NCBI GenBank assembly: GCA_963732385.1
Contig: CAVSZB010000005.1
Coordinates: 96,001-160,000 of the forward strand
Length of the DNA stretch: 64,000 bases
Source: an uncultured bacterium
GTDB lineage: Bacteria; Krumholzibacteriota; Krumholzibacteriia; LZORAL124-64-63
Direction: 5' to 3'
Shown: positions 51,309 through 61,107 of the stretch, piece by piece
Position numbering within the stretch: the stretch's first letter is position 1
Layout: each line of letters opens with the position of its first letter
Program-made: the position numbers and the translations under genes
The notes under the pieces: model-generated
What the model was told of the DNA's origin: nothing
Seen by the model: only the letters and a program-made list of their open reading frames with translations
Databases searched by the model: none

Positions 51309-52597
51309 GCCCGAGCCGCGGCCACGTCGCCGAGGTGATCGAGCAGTCCGCGCGCAAGGTCGCGCTTGGTATGGGAGCCGCTGTCCCAGATCAGGCCGTC
51401 CGGCCCGAGCAGGAAGACCCGGTGCAGGCCGTCGCCGAATCCGGATCCGGGAGCGGTCGGGTCGTTGGCCACGATGAAATCCATCCCCTTGGCGCGCAGT
51501 TTCTTCGCGGCGCGCGCGAGCAGGTCGCCCGTCTCGAGGGCGAAGCCGACGACCCGCAGCCGCGATTCACGCGCTGGCGCGACCACCTCACCGAGGATGT
51601 CATCCGTGCGGCGCAGGGCCAGATTCCAGGAGGTGCCGAGGCTCTCCTTCGGCAGTTTCCCGCCCTCCACCTGCTCCGGCGTGAAGTCGGCCACGGCCGC
51701 GGCCATGAAGAGCCAGTCGGCGCCGGCGGCGAGCGCATCGCGCACCGCGACCGCCATCTGCGCACAGGTCTCGACGCGCACGGAACCGGCCACCGCCGGC
51801 GGGACCGGCAGGGTCGTCGGCCCGGCGATCAGGGTCACCGCCGCGCCACGCGCCGCCGCCTCCGCCGCCACCGCGAAGCCGAACACGCCCGACGAACGGT
51901 TCGCGATGAAACGCACCGCGTCGATCGGCTCCCAGGTCGGTCCGGCCGTGACGACCACGCGCCGCCCCGCCCACGCGGGATCGGGCCGGGCGGACCGCGC
52001 CCCCGCGGCGACCACCGCGGGAGCCGCCACCGGTGCGTCCGCCGGGCGTGGCGGCAGAACGGCCAGCAGCGCCGACACCGCCGCCGCGATCTCCTCCGGC
52101 TCCGCCATCCGGCCGACCGCCTCCACGCCGCAGGCCAAAAAACCGCTCCCCGGTTCGATCACCCGGGCGCCGCGTTCGCGCAGCAGAGCGAGATTCGCCT
52201 GCGTCGCCGGCTGGCCCCACATGACGTCGTTCATCGCCGGGGCTAGCAAAAGCGGCCGATCCGAAGCGAGCAGCAGGGTCGACACGAGGTCGTCGGCCAG
52301 GCCGTGGGCCGCCTTCGCCAGGATGTTCGCGGTGGCCGGCGCCACCACGACGACGTCGGCCGCCCGCACCAGTTCGATGTGGTCGAGAGGATCGGTGTCG
52401 CCGTCGCCCCAGAGATCGGTCGCCACCGGTTGCTGCGACAGGACCTGGAAGGTCATCGGGGTGACGAAGCGCCGGGCGGCGGCGGTCATCCCCACCCGGA
52501 CGGAAGAACCCGCCTGCACGAGCAGGCGGGTCAGGGAACAGGCCTTGTAGGCGGCGATGCCGCCGGTCACGAGCAGCAGGACACGGCCGCCGGCCAT
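51305..52597 (-). CDS. coaBC: Phosphopantothenoylcysteine decarboxylase/ligase
   Basis: TGGIAAYK, APATAN, PAMN, TAGPT.E.ID.VR, AAAVADF and GFALET motifs. Confidence 0.95.
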   Translation of the reverse strand: MAGGRVLLLVTGGIAAYKACSLTRLLVQAGSSVRVGMTAAARRFVTPMTFQVLSQQPVATDLWGDGDTDPLDHIELVRAADVVVVAPATANILAKAAHGLADDLVSTLLLASDRPLLLAPAMNDVMWGQPATQANLALLRERGARVIEPGSGFLACGVEAVGRMAEPEEIAAAVSALLAVLPPRPADAPVAAPAVVAAGARSARPDPAWAGRRVVVTAGPTWEPIDAVRFIANRSSGVFGFAVAAEAAARGAAVTLIAGPTTLPVPPAVAGSVRVETCAQMAVAVRDALAAGADWLFMAAAVADFTPEQVEGGKLPKESLGTSWNLALRRTDDILGEVVAPARESRLRVVGFALETGDLLARAAKKLRAKGMDFIVANDPTAPGSGFGDGLHRVFLLGPDGLIWDSGSHTKRDLARGLLDHLGDVAAARA

Positions 52598-52602
52598 CGC
52601 GC

Positions 52603-52851
52603 CTACTCCTCCGCGGCCTTGGCCGCCTCGCGCTCCCGCTGGAGCTGGGCCCAGCGCTCCTTCTCGTCGTAGTACTGCACCTGCCCGCCGAGCAGCCGCC
52701 GGATGGCGATGCTGGTGATCTTCCCCGGCAGACTCAGGCCGAGGTTGTGTGCCCGCCCGTTGAGCCGGCGCGCTTCAAGCGCCGCCACTTTGATCGCCTG
52801 AAACTTGTTCGGGATCAGATCGGTCACCCGGTGGCGCGGAATGTAAGTCAT
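52603..52851 (-). CDS. rpoZ: RNA polymerase omega subunit
   Basis: 82 aa with NKF..I.VAA..ARRL and K..SIA motifs, in gmk-rpoZ-coaBC synteny. Confidence 0.8.
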   Translation of the reverse strand: MTYIPRHRVTDLIPNKFQAIKVAALEARRLNGRAHNLGLSLPGKITSIAIRRLLGGQVQYYDEKERWAQLQREREAAKAAEE

Positions 52852-52937
52852 CGGTTACCGCCTCGGACAAAGGGGCAGGAGACAGCGGAGGGCCGTGCCG
52901 CCAGCGGCGACCCGACGAACCGTTCTGCAAACCGTTT

Positions 52938-52965
52938 AATATAGCACACTTTGCCGTATTTTCAA
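52938..52965 (-). promoter_or_regulatory. Sigma70-type promoter for rpoZ-coaBC
   Basis: TTGAAA-N16-TATATT with an extended TG, in an AT-rich gap between gmk and rpoZ. Confidence 0.65.
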
Positions 52966-53073
52966 CCGCAGCCCCTCCCGCTTCGGCCGTCGCCGTCGAG
53001 ATCGTGCGTTATCTGTTGCCATCAAATAACTTGGCTTCGCCCTGGCGCCTCGGGCCCATCCGCGATCCGGACA

Positions 53074-53664
53074 TCATTCGGCGGCCAGCGGCGGCGCGGC
53101 CCGGCGGACGCGGCGGCAGCGTTCCGCGGTGACGATGGCCCTCATGCGGGCGAGCGCGTCGGCAAGCGTGTCGTTCACGATGTAGTAGTCGTAGCGCGCC
53201 GCGAAGCCGATCTCCCAGCGGGCGTTGGCCAGACGCGTGCGGATGACCGCATCGTCGTCAGTGGCCCGGGAACGCAGGCGAGCCTCGAGGGCCTCCCAGG
53301 ACGGGGGGAAAACGAACACCGAAACCACTTCCGGCCCGAACAGATCGATCACGCGCAAGCCCCCCTGCACGTCGAGATCGAGCAACGGAGTCAGGCCGCG
53401 GTCGAGCATCGCCCGGATGTGTTCGCGGCGGGTGCCGTAGCGGCGTTGGTGCACCTCCGCCCACTCCACGAAGGCGTCGGCGGCGATGAGGCGGTCGAAT
53501 TCGGCGTCGTCCACGAAGTGGTACTGCACGCCGTCGGTTTCGCCGCGGCGGGACGGCCGGGTCGTCGTGGACACCGAGAAGCTGAGCCCCGGCTCGGCGG
53601 CAAGCAGGGCCTGCACGAACGTGCTCTTGCCGGCGCCGGAAGGCCCCGAGATCAGGACCAGCAT
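53074..53664 (-). CDS. gmk: Guanylate kinase
   Basis: SGPSGAGKST, SVSTTTR..R.GE.DG..YHF, EWAEVH..YGT and DVQG motifs. Confidence 0.96.
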   Translation of the reverse strand: MLVLISGPSGAGKSTFVQALLAAEPGLSFSVSTTTRPSRRGETDGVQYHFVDDAEFDRLIAADAFVEWAEVHQRRYGTRREHIRAMLDRGLTPLLDLDVQGGLRVIDLFGPEVVSVFVFPPSWEALEARLRSRATDDDAVIRTRLANARWEIGFAARYDYYIVNDTLADALARMRAIVTAERCRRVRRAAPPLAAE

Positions 53665-53667
53665 CGG

Positions 53668-54549
53668 CTACTCCAGATTCTGCACCTGCTCGCGCAGGTT
53701 CTCGATCTCTTCCTTCATCCCGATCACGAGCTGGGTGAGCGTCAGCAGGCTGGTCTTGGCCCCCATGGTGTTGACCTCGCGGTGCATCTCCTGCAGGAGA
53801 AAATTGAGCCGCTTGGCCACCTGCCCCGTCTCGGCCAGCGTCTGCTCGAACTGCTCGAGATGGCTGGCGAGTCGTTCGCACTCCTCACCGATGCTGGCGC
53901 GATCGGCCAGGATGGCGGCCTCCTGGGCCAGCCGCTGCGGGTCGATGCCGTCGGTGACGAGCTGTGTCAGGCGCGCATTCAGACGGTCGAGCGTTTCGCG
54001 CGCCACGGTCGGCGTGAGCCGCTCCACCTCCGCCAGCTGAGACCGCAGCCGGGCGGCGCGCCCCGCCAGTTCGGCCGCCAGCTCGGCCCCCTCCCGGTCG
54101 CGCATGATCTGCAGGGCGGTGGTGGCCGCCTCGAGGGCCGCGCGCAATGCGCCGAGCACCGACTCCTGATCGACCCCGGCCTCCGCGCCGCCGAACAGGT
54201 CGGGAATGGCCAGCACATGCGACAACTCGAGCGTCGGCCGGCGTCGTGTCTCGCGCTCCACCCGATCGGCCAGCAGCTGCAGCAGAGCCAGCCCCTGCTC
54301 CAGGCGCTCCTGGTCGATACCGGCCGCGCCGACCGCCAGGTCCCCCAAAAACTGCGCGGAGCAGGTGACCCGGCCGCGCGCCACGCGCTCCCGGAGCAGG
54401 TTGCGGATTTCGAACTCGTAGGGCGCCAGGGCGTTGGGCAGCTTGAGCGCCACGTCGAGAAAACGGTGGTTTACGGAGCGCAGCTCGACCGCGATGGTCA
54501 CGCCGCCGACCGTCCCCTCCCCCGCGCCGAAACCTGTCATGCTGCGCAC
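53668..54549 (-). CDS. yicC: YicC/YloC family endoribonuclease
   Basis: RSMTGFG, RSVNHRFLD, FLLQEMHREVNT and REQVQNLE motifs. Confidence 0.94.
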   Translation of the reverse strand: MRSMTGFGAGEGTVGGVTIAVELRSVNHRFLDVALKLPNALAPYEFEIRNLLRERVARGRVTCSAQFLGDLAVGAAGIDQERLEQGLALLQLLADRVERETRRRPTLELSHVLAIPDLFGGAEAGVDQESVLGALRAALEAATTALQIMRDREGAELAAELAGRAARLRSQLAEVERLTPTVARETLDRLNARLTQLVTDGIDPQRLAQEAAILADRASIGEECERLASHLEQFEQTLAETGQVAKRLNFLLQEMHREVNTMGAKTSLLTLTQLVIGMKEEIENLREQVQNLE

Positions 54550-54727
54550 GCGCGATCCCCTTCCCGGCTGTGAGCGGCCCGTCCGGCCGATCGGCCGAAG
54601 CGTGCAAGCATAGGCCGCAAGCGTCGGAGCGGCAAGGTCGATATGGCTGTTCAGGCCATGGTTGTCGGCGCGACCGCCAGCGATTACCATCACTGCTCCC
54701 CTGCGCCACCCACGCCAAGGAGGCCCG

Positions 54728-55210
54728 ATGAAGCGCCTGACCGCGTTCGCCGCCGCAGCCCTGCTCGCAGTCGCCACGCCCACCCTCGCCCTGCCCAATT
54801 TCGGCGCCCGCGCCGGCTTTACGAGCGGCCCGGATCAGATCCATCTCGGAGCGCACGCCGAGGTGCTCGAACTCAGTCCCGGCCTGGTTTTCCTGCCCAA
54901 TGTCGAAGTGGGCTTTGGCGACGACCAGACCGTCTGGGCCCTGAACGGCGAGCTGACCTGGGCCATCGACCGCGGCGACTGGCGCGGGTGGCGCCCCTAC
55001 GTCGGCGGGGGGCTCGGCATCTTCATCGTCAGCTTCGACCGGCCCGATGCCCCGGCCGACTTCGACGACAGCCGCTCCGACGTCGGCCTGAGCGCGCTCG
55101 TCGGCATTTCGAAGCTGCTGAAACTCGGGCACAAGTTCTTCGCCGAGGTCAAGGTCGGCCTCGAAGACACCCCCGACGTGAAAGTCACCGCCGGCCTGAC
55201 TTTCTTCTAG
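54728..55210 (+). CDS. Small outer-membrane beta-barrel protein
   Basis: AAGGAGG RBS, signal peptide, PYVGGGLG motif and a C-terminal Phe. Confidence 0.8.
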   Translation: MKRLTAFAAAALLAVATPTLALPNFGARAGFTSGPDQIHLGAHAEVLELSPGLVFLPNVEVGFGDDQTVWALNGELTWAIDRGDWRGWRPYVGGGLGIFIVSFDRPDAPADFDDSRSDVGLSALVGISKLLKLGHKFFAEVKVGLEDTPDVKVTAGLTFF

Positions 55211-55218
55211 GGGGCATC

Positions 55219-56694
55219 GTGACCGACCTGCCGCCCTGGCGGCGTCCGGACGCCCTGCAAGCCCTGCTTACCGCCTGGCGGCGCGATTTCACGGGGCGGA
55301 CGGTGGCGCGCGCCGTCGCGGGAACCGGCTGGCTGCGACTCACCCTGATCGCTCCCGGCGCGCCGGCCGCCTATCTCTTCCTGTGCGCCCGGCCCGGCGC
55401 GGTGCTGCTGTGCGACGAAGAAGCGCCGCCCGACCCGGCGCTGCGCGAGGCGCTGGGCGAGGCGCGACGCGGCCCGCCGGCGGATCGCCTCGCCGGCGCC
55501 CGGCTGCTCGACGCACGCCCGTTCCCCGCCGATCTGGCGATCGCCCTCTTCTTCGCGCCACGCGGCGGAGGCGCGCCGCTGCGCGTCGTGCTCCAGCTCC
55601 ACGGCAGCCGCGGCAACCTGCTGCTGGTGGACGCCGCCGGGAGCCTCGTCTGGGCGCTCTACCCCGGCGCCACGCTGGCGCTGCTGGCCGATCCGACGGC
55701 CGGCACGGCGGGCCATGCCACGGCGCCCGAACTCACCGCGGCCGACGCCACAACGCCCGCTGCCGCCGTCGGCGCGGACTTCCGTGCCGCCGCGCGTCTC
55801 CGGCTGGACACCCAGCTCGCCGCCGACCTCGCCGGCGGCAGCGCCCGCGCCCTGAGGACCGCCGCCGAGGCGACCGATCGCCTTCGCATGAACCTGGCGC
55901 GCGACCTGGCCGAGGCGGCGCGGGGCGACGACCTGCGGCGCGCCGCCGAAGCGCTCGCCGTCGCGCTGCCGACCGTGCCACGCGGCGTCTCTTGCGTGGA
56001 GGTGGCCGATCCCGCCGGCGGACCCCCGCTCGCGGTGCCGATGGATCCCGCGCGCTCACCGTCCGGGAACATGGAGGAATACTTCCGCCGCGCCCGGAAG
56101 GCGGAGCGGGGCCGCGCGCTGATCGCCGAACGTCTCGCGGAAGCGGACCGCCGCGCCGTCGCCCTGGACGCGGCGCGCGCGGAACTGGCGGCGACCACGG
56201 CGCTGACCGACGGGATGATCGCGGCCTGCCTCGCCTGGCGCCGCGCGCACGCCTCCCTGCTCGGCCTGCGCACGACGACCGGCGGCGGCGTCACGCGCGA
56301 GGCGCCCGTTCCAGCGCGATCGTTCCGCCGCTACCTGATCGAAGGGCGCTGGGAGTTGTGGGTCGGGCGCAACAACGTCGAGAACGACCTGCTCACGCAC
56401 GACACGGCCGCGCCGGACGACATCTGGCTGCACGCGCAGGGAGTGACGGGCAGCCATGCCGTGCTGCGCACGGGCGGCCGTCCCGAAACGGTGCCGCGTC
56501 AGGTCCTCGAGAAGGCCGCCGCGCTGACCGCCCTCCACAGTCGCGCGCGGCACAGCGCGCTCGTGCCGGTGATCCACACCCTGCGCAAGTACGTGCGCAA
56601 GCCGCGCCGCTCGCCGCCCGGCACGGCGACGTGCCAGCGCGAGAAGACGCTGTTCGCCCCGCCGGGGGTGCCGGAGGGGGTCGAGCCGGCGTGA
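55219..56694 (+). CDS. NFACT/RqcH (FbpA-like) ribosome quality-control protein
   Basis: GNLLLVD, N.EEYF..ARK, VGRNNVEND.LT, DIWLHA..V.GSH and KYVRKP motifs. Confidence 0.85.
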   Translation: MTDLPPWRRPDALQALLTAWRRDFTGRTVARAVAGTGWLRLTLIAPGAPAAYLFLCARPGAVLLCDEEAPPDPALREALGEARRGPPADRLAGARLLDARPFPADLAIALFFAPRGGGAPLRVVLQLHGSRGNLLLVDAAGSLVWALYPGATLALLADPTAGTAGHATAPELTAADATTPAAAVGADFRAAARLRLDTQLAADLAGGSARALRTAAEATDRLRMNLARDLAEAARGDDLRRAAEALAVALPTVPRGVSCVEVADPAGGPPLAVPMDPARSPSGNMEEYFRRARKAERGRALIAERLAEADRRAVALDAARAELAATTALTDGMIAACLAWRRAHASLLGLRTTTGGGVTREAPVPARSFRRYLIEGRWELWVGRNNVENDLLTHDTAAPDDIWLHAQGVTGSHAVLRTGGRPETVPRQVLEKAAALTALHSRARHSALVPVIHTLRKYVRKPRRSPPGTATCQREKTLFAPPGVPEGVEPA

Positions 56695-56703
56695 ACGCGC
56701 CGC

Positions 56704-57975
56704 TCAGTTGCGATGTCGGTGGTGGATGCGCCGGAACTCGGACGTCAGACGGGCGAACAGGAACACGATCCGCGGGTCGAAGTGGGTGCCCGCGTCTCCG
56801 AACACGATCCCGCTCGCCTTGTCGTGCGCGATGGCGGCCTTGTAGATGCGTTGTGACGTGAGGGCATCGTAGACGTCGCAGATCGCGACGATGCGCGCCG
56901 ACAGCGGAATGGTCTCCCCGGCGAGACCGCGCGGATAGCCGCCGCCGTCCCAGCGCTCGTGATGCGACCAGGCGATGTCGGCCCCCATCTTCAGCATGAA
57001 GAGTGATCCGTGGCGCTGGATCATCTCCTCGATCGTGCCGCCCCCGATGCCGGCGTGCGTCTTCATGACGTCGAATTCGTCCCGCGTGAGTCGCCCCGGC
57101 TTGAGCAGGATGCTGTCGGGGATGCCCACCTTGCCGATGTCGTGCAGCGCGGACGAGCGGGTGAGCGTTTCGATGTACTCCTCGTCGATGAGACCGGCGT
57201 AACGTTCGTCGCGCGAGAGCTCGCCCGCCAAAAGACGCGCGTAGGCGCAGATCCGGTCGAGGTGGCCGGCCATGGCGCCGTCGCGCGACTCGGCCAGGCG
57301 CGCCATGCCGAGAATGATGGCGTCGCGCGTGGCCGCCAGTTCGTCGAACAGCCTGATGTTCTCGAGGCAGGTCGCCATCTGGTCGACGAGCATGCAGCAG
57401 AGCCGGACGTCCTCGTCGGCGAAGGCGCTGAGTTGACGGCTCGCGAAATCGAACACGCCCAGCGGGCCGCTGCGCGTGCGGATCGGGATCACCAGCTCAC
57501 TGCGTAGTTCCGGATCGGCAAGAAAATAGTTGTGATCGGCAAGCACATCGGGCGCGTAGATCGGCCGCTCCTCATGGAACGCCAGGCGGCACAGCCCCAG
57601 TTCCCGGTCGAGCGGCACGGCCACTCCCTCGACGGAATCCGCGTACCCCCGCCAGGCCCGGATGCGCAGCGTGCGATCGCGCGGTTCGTGGATCAGCACG
57701 GCGCAGATGTCGTAGCCGAGGATGCTCAGCGCGGCGGTCATGACCTCCTGGAACACGCTGTCAGCCTCGCGCATGAAGGTCAGGCGACCATTCAGCTCCT
57801 GCATGGCGGCGAGCTTCGCGGCGAAGCCGCTCGGCGGTTCGGGCCGTTCGGCCACCGGCGTGGCGCCGGGTCGCTGGCCGGCGAGCGGGCGGCCCGCGGC
57901 GCGGCGGGGGCGCGCTTCCTCCACGGGCACGGACAAGTCGGCCTGATCGGGGAGCTGCGTCAGTAACTGGTTCAT
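56704..57975 (-). CDS. GAF + HD-GYP cyclic dinucleotide phosphodiesterase
   Basis: GAF domain followed by LAESRD..GH, LHDIGK, HHERWDGGGYP, DVYDAL and HFDP. Confidence 0.92.
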   Translation of the reverse strand: MNQLLTQLPDQADLSVPVEEARPRRAAGRPLAGQRPGATPVAERPEPPSGFAAKLAAMQELNGRLTFMREADSVFQEVMTAALSILGYDICAVLIHEPRDRTLRIRAWRGYADSVEGVAVPLDRELGLCRLAFHEERPIYAPDVLADHNYFLADPELRSELVIPIRTRSGPLGVFDFASRQLSAFADEDVRLCCMLVDQMATCLENIRLFDELAATRDAIILGMARLAESRDGAMAGHLDRICAYARLLAGELSRDERYAGLIDEEYIETLTRSSALHDIGKVGIPDSILLKPGRLTRDEFDVMKTHAGIGGGTIEEMIQRHGSLFMLKMGADIAWSHHERWDGGGYPRGLAGETIPLSARIVAICDVYDALTSQRIYKAAIAHDKASGIVFGDAGTHFDPRIVFLFARLTSEFRRIHHRHRN

Positions 57976-58113
57976 CGGCTTGCGACCACTCCGCCGCACC
58001 GCCCGGACCCCATTGACCGCGCCGGCGACGACTTGATCGAATGTCAGGATCGGCGGCCGGCGGATGAACTTGACCACTAAGGCAGTCGCCCGCGGGGCGG
58101 CGCGGCCGGCGCC

Positions 58114-59196
58114 CTAGCGCAGACGCTCGATCTCCTCGCTGAGCGCCTGCTCCAGATCCTCCCTGGCCACGTTGCGCGCGATCCGGCCGTGACGATAGAT
58201 CGCGACCTTGCTCCGACCGGCGGCGATGCCCAGGTCGGCCGCCTTCGCTTCGCCCGGACCGTTCACAATACAGCCCATGACGGCGATCACCCGGTCGGCC
58301 GGGAGATCACGCGCCAGTTCCTCGACGCGGGCGGCCAGGGCCATGACGTCCACCTCGACGCGGCCGCAGGTCGGACACGCCACCACGCGCGCGTAGCGCT
58401 GGCGCAGGCCGAGCGCGGCGAGCATGTGCCATGCCGCGATGACCTCCTCGACCGGATCCGCGGCGAGCGAGATGCGCAGGGTGTCGCCGATCCCCTCGGC
58501 GAGCAGGACCGACAGCGCCGCCACCGAACGCACCGTCCCCGCCCTCAGGGTACCGGCCTCCGTCACGCCGAGATGCAGCGGCACATCACAGACCTGCGCG
58601 AACCGCCGGCAGGCCTCGATCACCTCGCCGCAGTCGCTGCTCTTGACGCTGACCACGACGTCGTGGAAGCCAACCGCCGCCAGGGCCTCGACCTCGTCCA
58701 GACCGCTCTGCACGAGGGCGCCGGCAGGATCGCGCTTCGCCAGCTCCTGGTAACGGGTGTGCAGGCTGCCGCGGTTCACGCCGATGCGGATCGGCACGCC
58801 GCGATCGGCGGCCGCCGCGGCCACCTCGCGCACCTTGTCGGCCGAGCCGATGTTGCCGGGGTTGATGCGCAGCTTGGCGATGCCGGCCTTCACCGCCGCC
58901 AGCGCCAGAGTGTGCTGGAAGTGGATGTCGGCCACCAGCGGCATCCGCGCCTCGGACACGATGCGCGGCAGGGCGGCGGCCGCCGCTTCGTCATTCACCG
59001 TGACCCGCACGAGCTCCGCTCCGGCCGTGGCCAGTTCGCGGATCTGCGCGAGCGTGGCGTCGGCATCGCCGGTGCGGGTGGTGGTCATCGACTGCACCCG
59101 CACGGGAGCGCCGCCGCCGATCGTCACATCGCCGACCCGCACCTGCCGCGTCGGGCGGCGGGGGGCGGTCACGCCGGTCTGAGCGTCAGTCGTCAT
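58114..59196 (-). CDS. ispG: (E)-4-hydroxy-3-methylbut-2-enyl diphosphate synthase
   Basis: VQSMT, ADIHF, RINPGN, HLGVTEAG, CPTCGR and MGCIVNGPGE motifs. Confidence 0.96.
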   Translation of the reverse strand: MTTDAQTGVTAPRRPTRQVRVGDVTIGGGAPVRVQSMTTTRTGDADATLAQIRELATAGAELVRVTVNDEAAAAALPRIVSEARMPLVADIHFQHTLALAAVKAGIAKLRINPGNIGSADKVREVAAAAADRGVPIRIGVNRGSLHTRYQELAKRDPAGALVQSGLDEVEALAAVGFHDVVVSVKSSDCGEVIEACRRFAQVCDVPLHLGVTEAGTLRAGTVRSVAALSVLLAEGIGDTLRISLAADPVEEVIAAWHMLAALGLRQRYARVVACPTCGRVEVDVMALAARVEELARDLPADRVIAVMGCIVNGPGEAKAADLGIAAGRSKVAIYRHGRIARNVAREDLEQALSEEIERLR

Positions 59197-61107
59197 TCAG
59201 ATCTCCGTGTCCATGGCCGGACCGGCGCGGCGGTTGTCGCCAATGCGAACGGTCAGCCCGACCTGGTCGAGGTGCTCCAGCATGGGGATGCCCAGCTTGC
59301 GCGACAACCCGCTCAGTTCCCGGAACCGGGCAAAGGTCAATTCCGGCTCGGCGCCGAAGTGAGCCCGCAACGCCGTCATCAGTTCCGCGTACGGGCGCGC
59401 CGCGACATAGTAGTCGGACCCCGCCTGCACGGCACGGTCATGGTCGACGAGATGTTTGAGGAACTCCTCCTCGGACAACCCCGGCACCGCTTCCGCCGCG
59501 AGCGCCTCCCGGAACCCCTCCAGCCCGGGCCACTGCAGACCGAACGCGCGCAGCGCCTCCTCGCGCCGGATCGCGGCCCGGGCGAGCTGAGATGCCAGCG
59601 GCGGCCCCTCCGCGGTCGGAGCGATACGATCCCCCGCCACCACCCAGCCGCCCAACGGCGCCAGCACCTCGCACAGGGCGACCCACTCGGCCCGTCCGCC
59701 GGGGAAATCGACCCGCCGGCGCGCCTCCTCCTTCGGAATGCCCAGTCGCAGAGGAAAGCGCCGGTTGTAATCGGCCACGAGGGCGGCAATGCGAGCCGCG
59801 AGGTCCGCCAGCACGTCGCGGTGGTAGAGACGATCGACCACGACCACCGCCTCGTCGTCACCGGCGTGCGCCGCCACCGTTTCGCGCGCCAGACCGGCCG
59901 CGCCGGCATCGCGCAGCGCCTGCCGGAAGACGGCCTCCGGTTCGCCCCGCTCACGCACCGAAAGCGCGTCGATCGCGCCGGGATCGTGCCGGCGCCGGGG
60001 GGGGGCGTCGACACCCAGAATCCGGCCGCCCGCCACGGTCGTCACCGGCGAATAGAAACGCAGCACGAAACGATCGTCCGGCAGAGCCACGAGCGGCGCC
60101 TCCAGCACGAGTTGGACGAGTCCCGCGCGCGGCGCGGCCGTGTCGTCCCCGCCGAGTTCGTCGCTGTCGAGCAGCAGCACGCGACCGAGCACCTCGCGGC
60201 CGGCGTGATGCACGTGCAACCGCTGCCGGTTGCGCAGCGCGCCCCGCCAGTGGGGCACCAGCGTCACGCGGGCGTCGAGCCGCGAGCCCGGCATCACCGC
60301 CTGCGGGGTGACGATCTGGTCGCCGCGCGTCAGGTCGTCCTTCTTGACGCCGTGCAGCGCCAGCGCCAGCCGCTGGCCGGAACCGCCCTCGGGCACCACC
60401 GCGCCGTGCGCCTGCACCTCGCGCACGCGCACCTTCAGGCCTCCCGGCTCGGCGGCCAGGATGTCGCCCGGCGCAACCGCCCCGCTCCAGCAGGTGCCGG
60501 TGACCACCACCCCCACCCCCGGCAGGGTGAACACGCGATCGACCGGCAGGCGGAACGGCCCGGTCCGCAGGCGCGGCGGCAATCGCTTCGCTTCCTCGCG
60601 CAGGACACGCCGCAGCTCTTCCAGGCCGGCCCCGGTCACGCTCGACACGGCCACGGACGGCGCCGTCTCCAGGAACGTGCCGCGCGCGAGGTCGCGCACC
60701 TCCTCCGCCACCACCGCGGCGATCACCTCGTCCACGAGGTCGGCCTTGGTGAGGACGATCACCCCCCCCTTCACGCCCAGCGAGGCGAGGATCTCCAGGT
60801 GCTCCACCGTCTGCGGCATCACCCCTTCGTCCGCCGCCACGATGAGCGCGGCCAGGTCGACCCCCCCGGCTCCCGCCACCATCTGCCGGACGAATCGCTC
60901 ATGCCCCGGCACATCGACGACCCCCAGCACGATGTCGTCGCCCAGGCGCAGCTCCGCGAAGCCCAGCTCGATGCTGATGCCGCGCAGCTGCTCCTCCTTC
61001 AACCGGTCCGTGTCGATGCCGGTAAGGGCCTTCACGAGCGCCGTCTTGCCGTGATCGACATGACCGGCCGTGCCCAGGACGAGATGGCGGGGGGCCTGCG
61101 CACTCAT
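59197..61107 (-). CDS. selB: Selenocysteine-specific elongation factor
   Basis: GTAGHVDHGKT, RGISIELGFA, DVPGHERF, and a C-terminal winged helix with LSRK..IP.LEHLD. Confidence 0.93.
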   Translation of the reverse strand: MSAQAPRHLVLGTAGHVDHGKTALVKALTGIDTDRLKEEQLRGISIELGFAELRLGDDIVLGVVDVPGHERFVRQMVAGAGGVDLAALIVAADEGVMPQTVEHLEILASLGVKGGVIVLTKADLVDEVIAAVVAEEVRDLARGTFLETAPSVAVSSVTGAGLEELRRVLREEAKRLPPRLRTGPFRLPVDRVFTLPGVGVVVTGTCWSGAVAPGDILAAEPGGLKVRVREVQAHGAVVPEGGSGQRLALALHGVKKDDLTRGDQIVTPQAVMPGSRLDARVTLVPHWRGALRNRQRLHVHHAGREVLGRVLLLDSDELGGDDTAAPRAGLVQLVLEAPLVALPDDRFVLRFYSPVTTVAGGRILGVDAPPRRRHDPGAIDALSVRERGEPEAVFRQALRDAGAAGLARETVAAHAGDDEAVVVVDRLYHRDVLADLAARIAALVADYNRRFPLRLGIPKEEARRRVDFPGGRAEWVALCEVLAPLGGWVVAGDRIAPTAEGPPLASQLARAAIRREEALRAFGLQWPGLEGFREALAAEAVPGLSEEEFLKHLVDHDRAVQAGSDYYVAARPYAELMTALRAHFGAEPELTFARFRELSGLSRKLGIPMLEHLDQVGLTVRIGDNRRAGPAMDTEI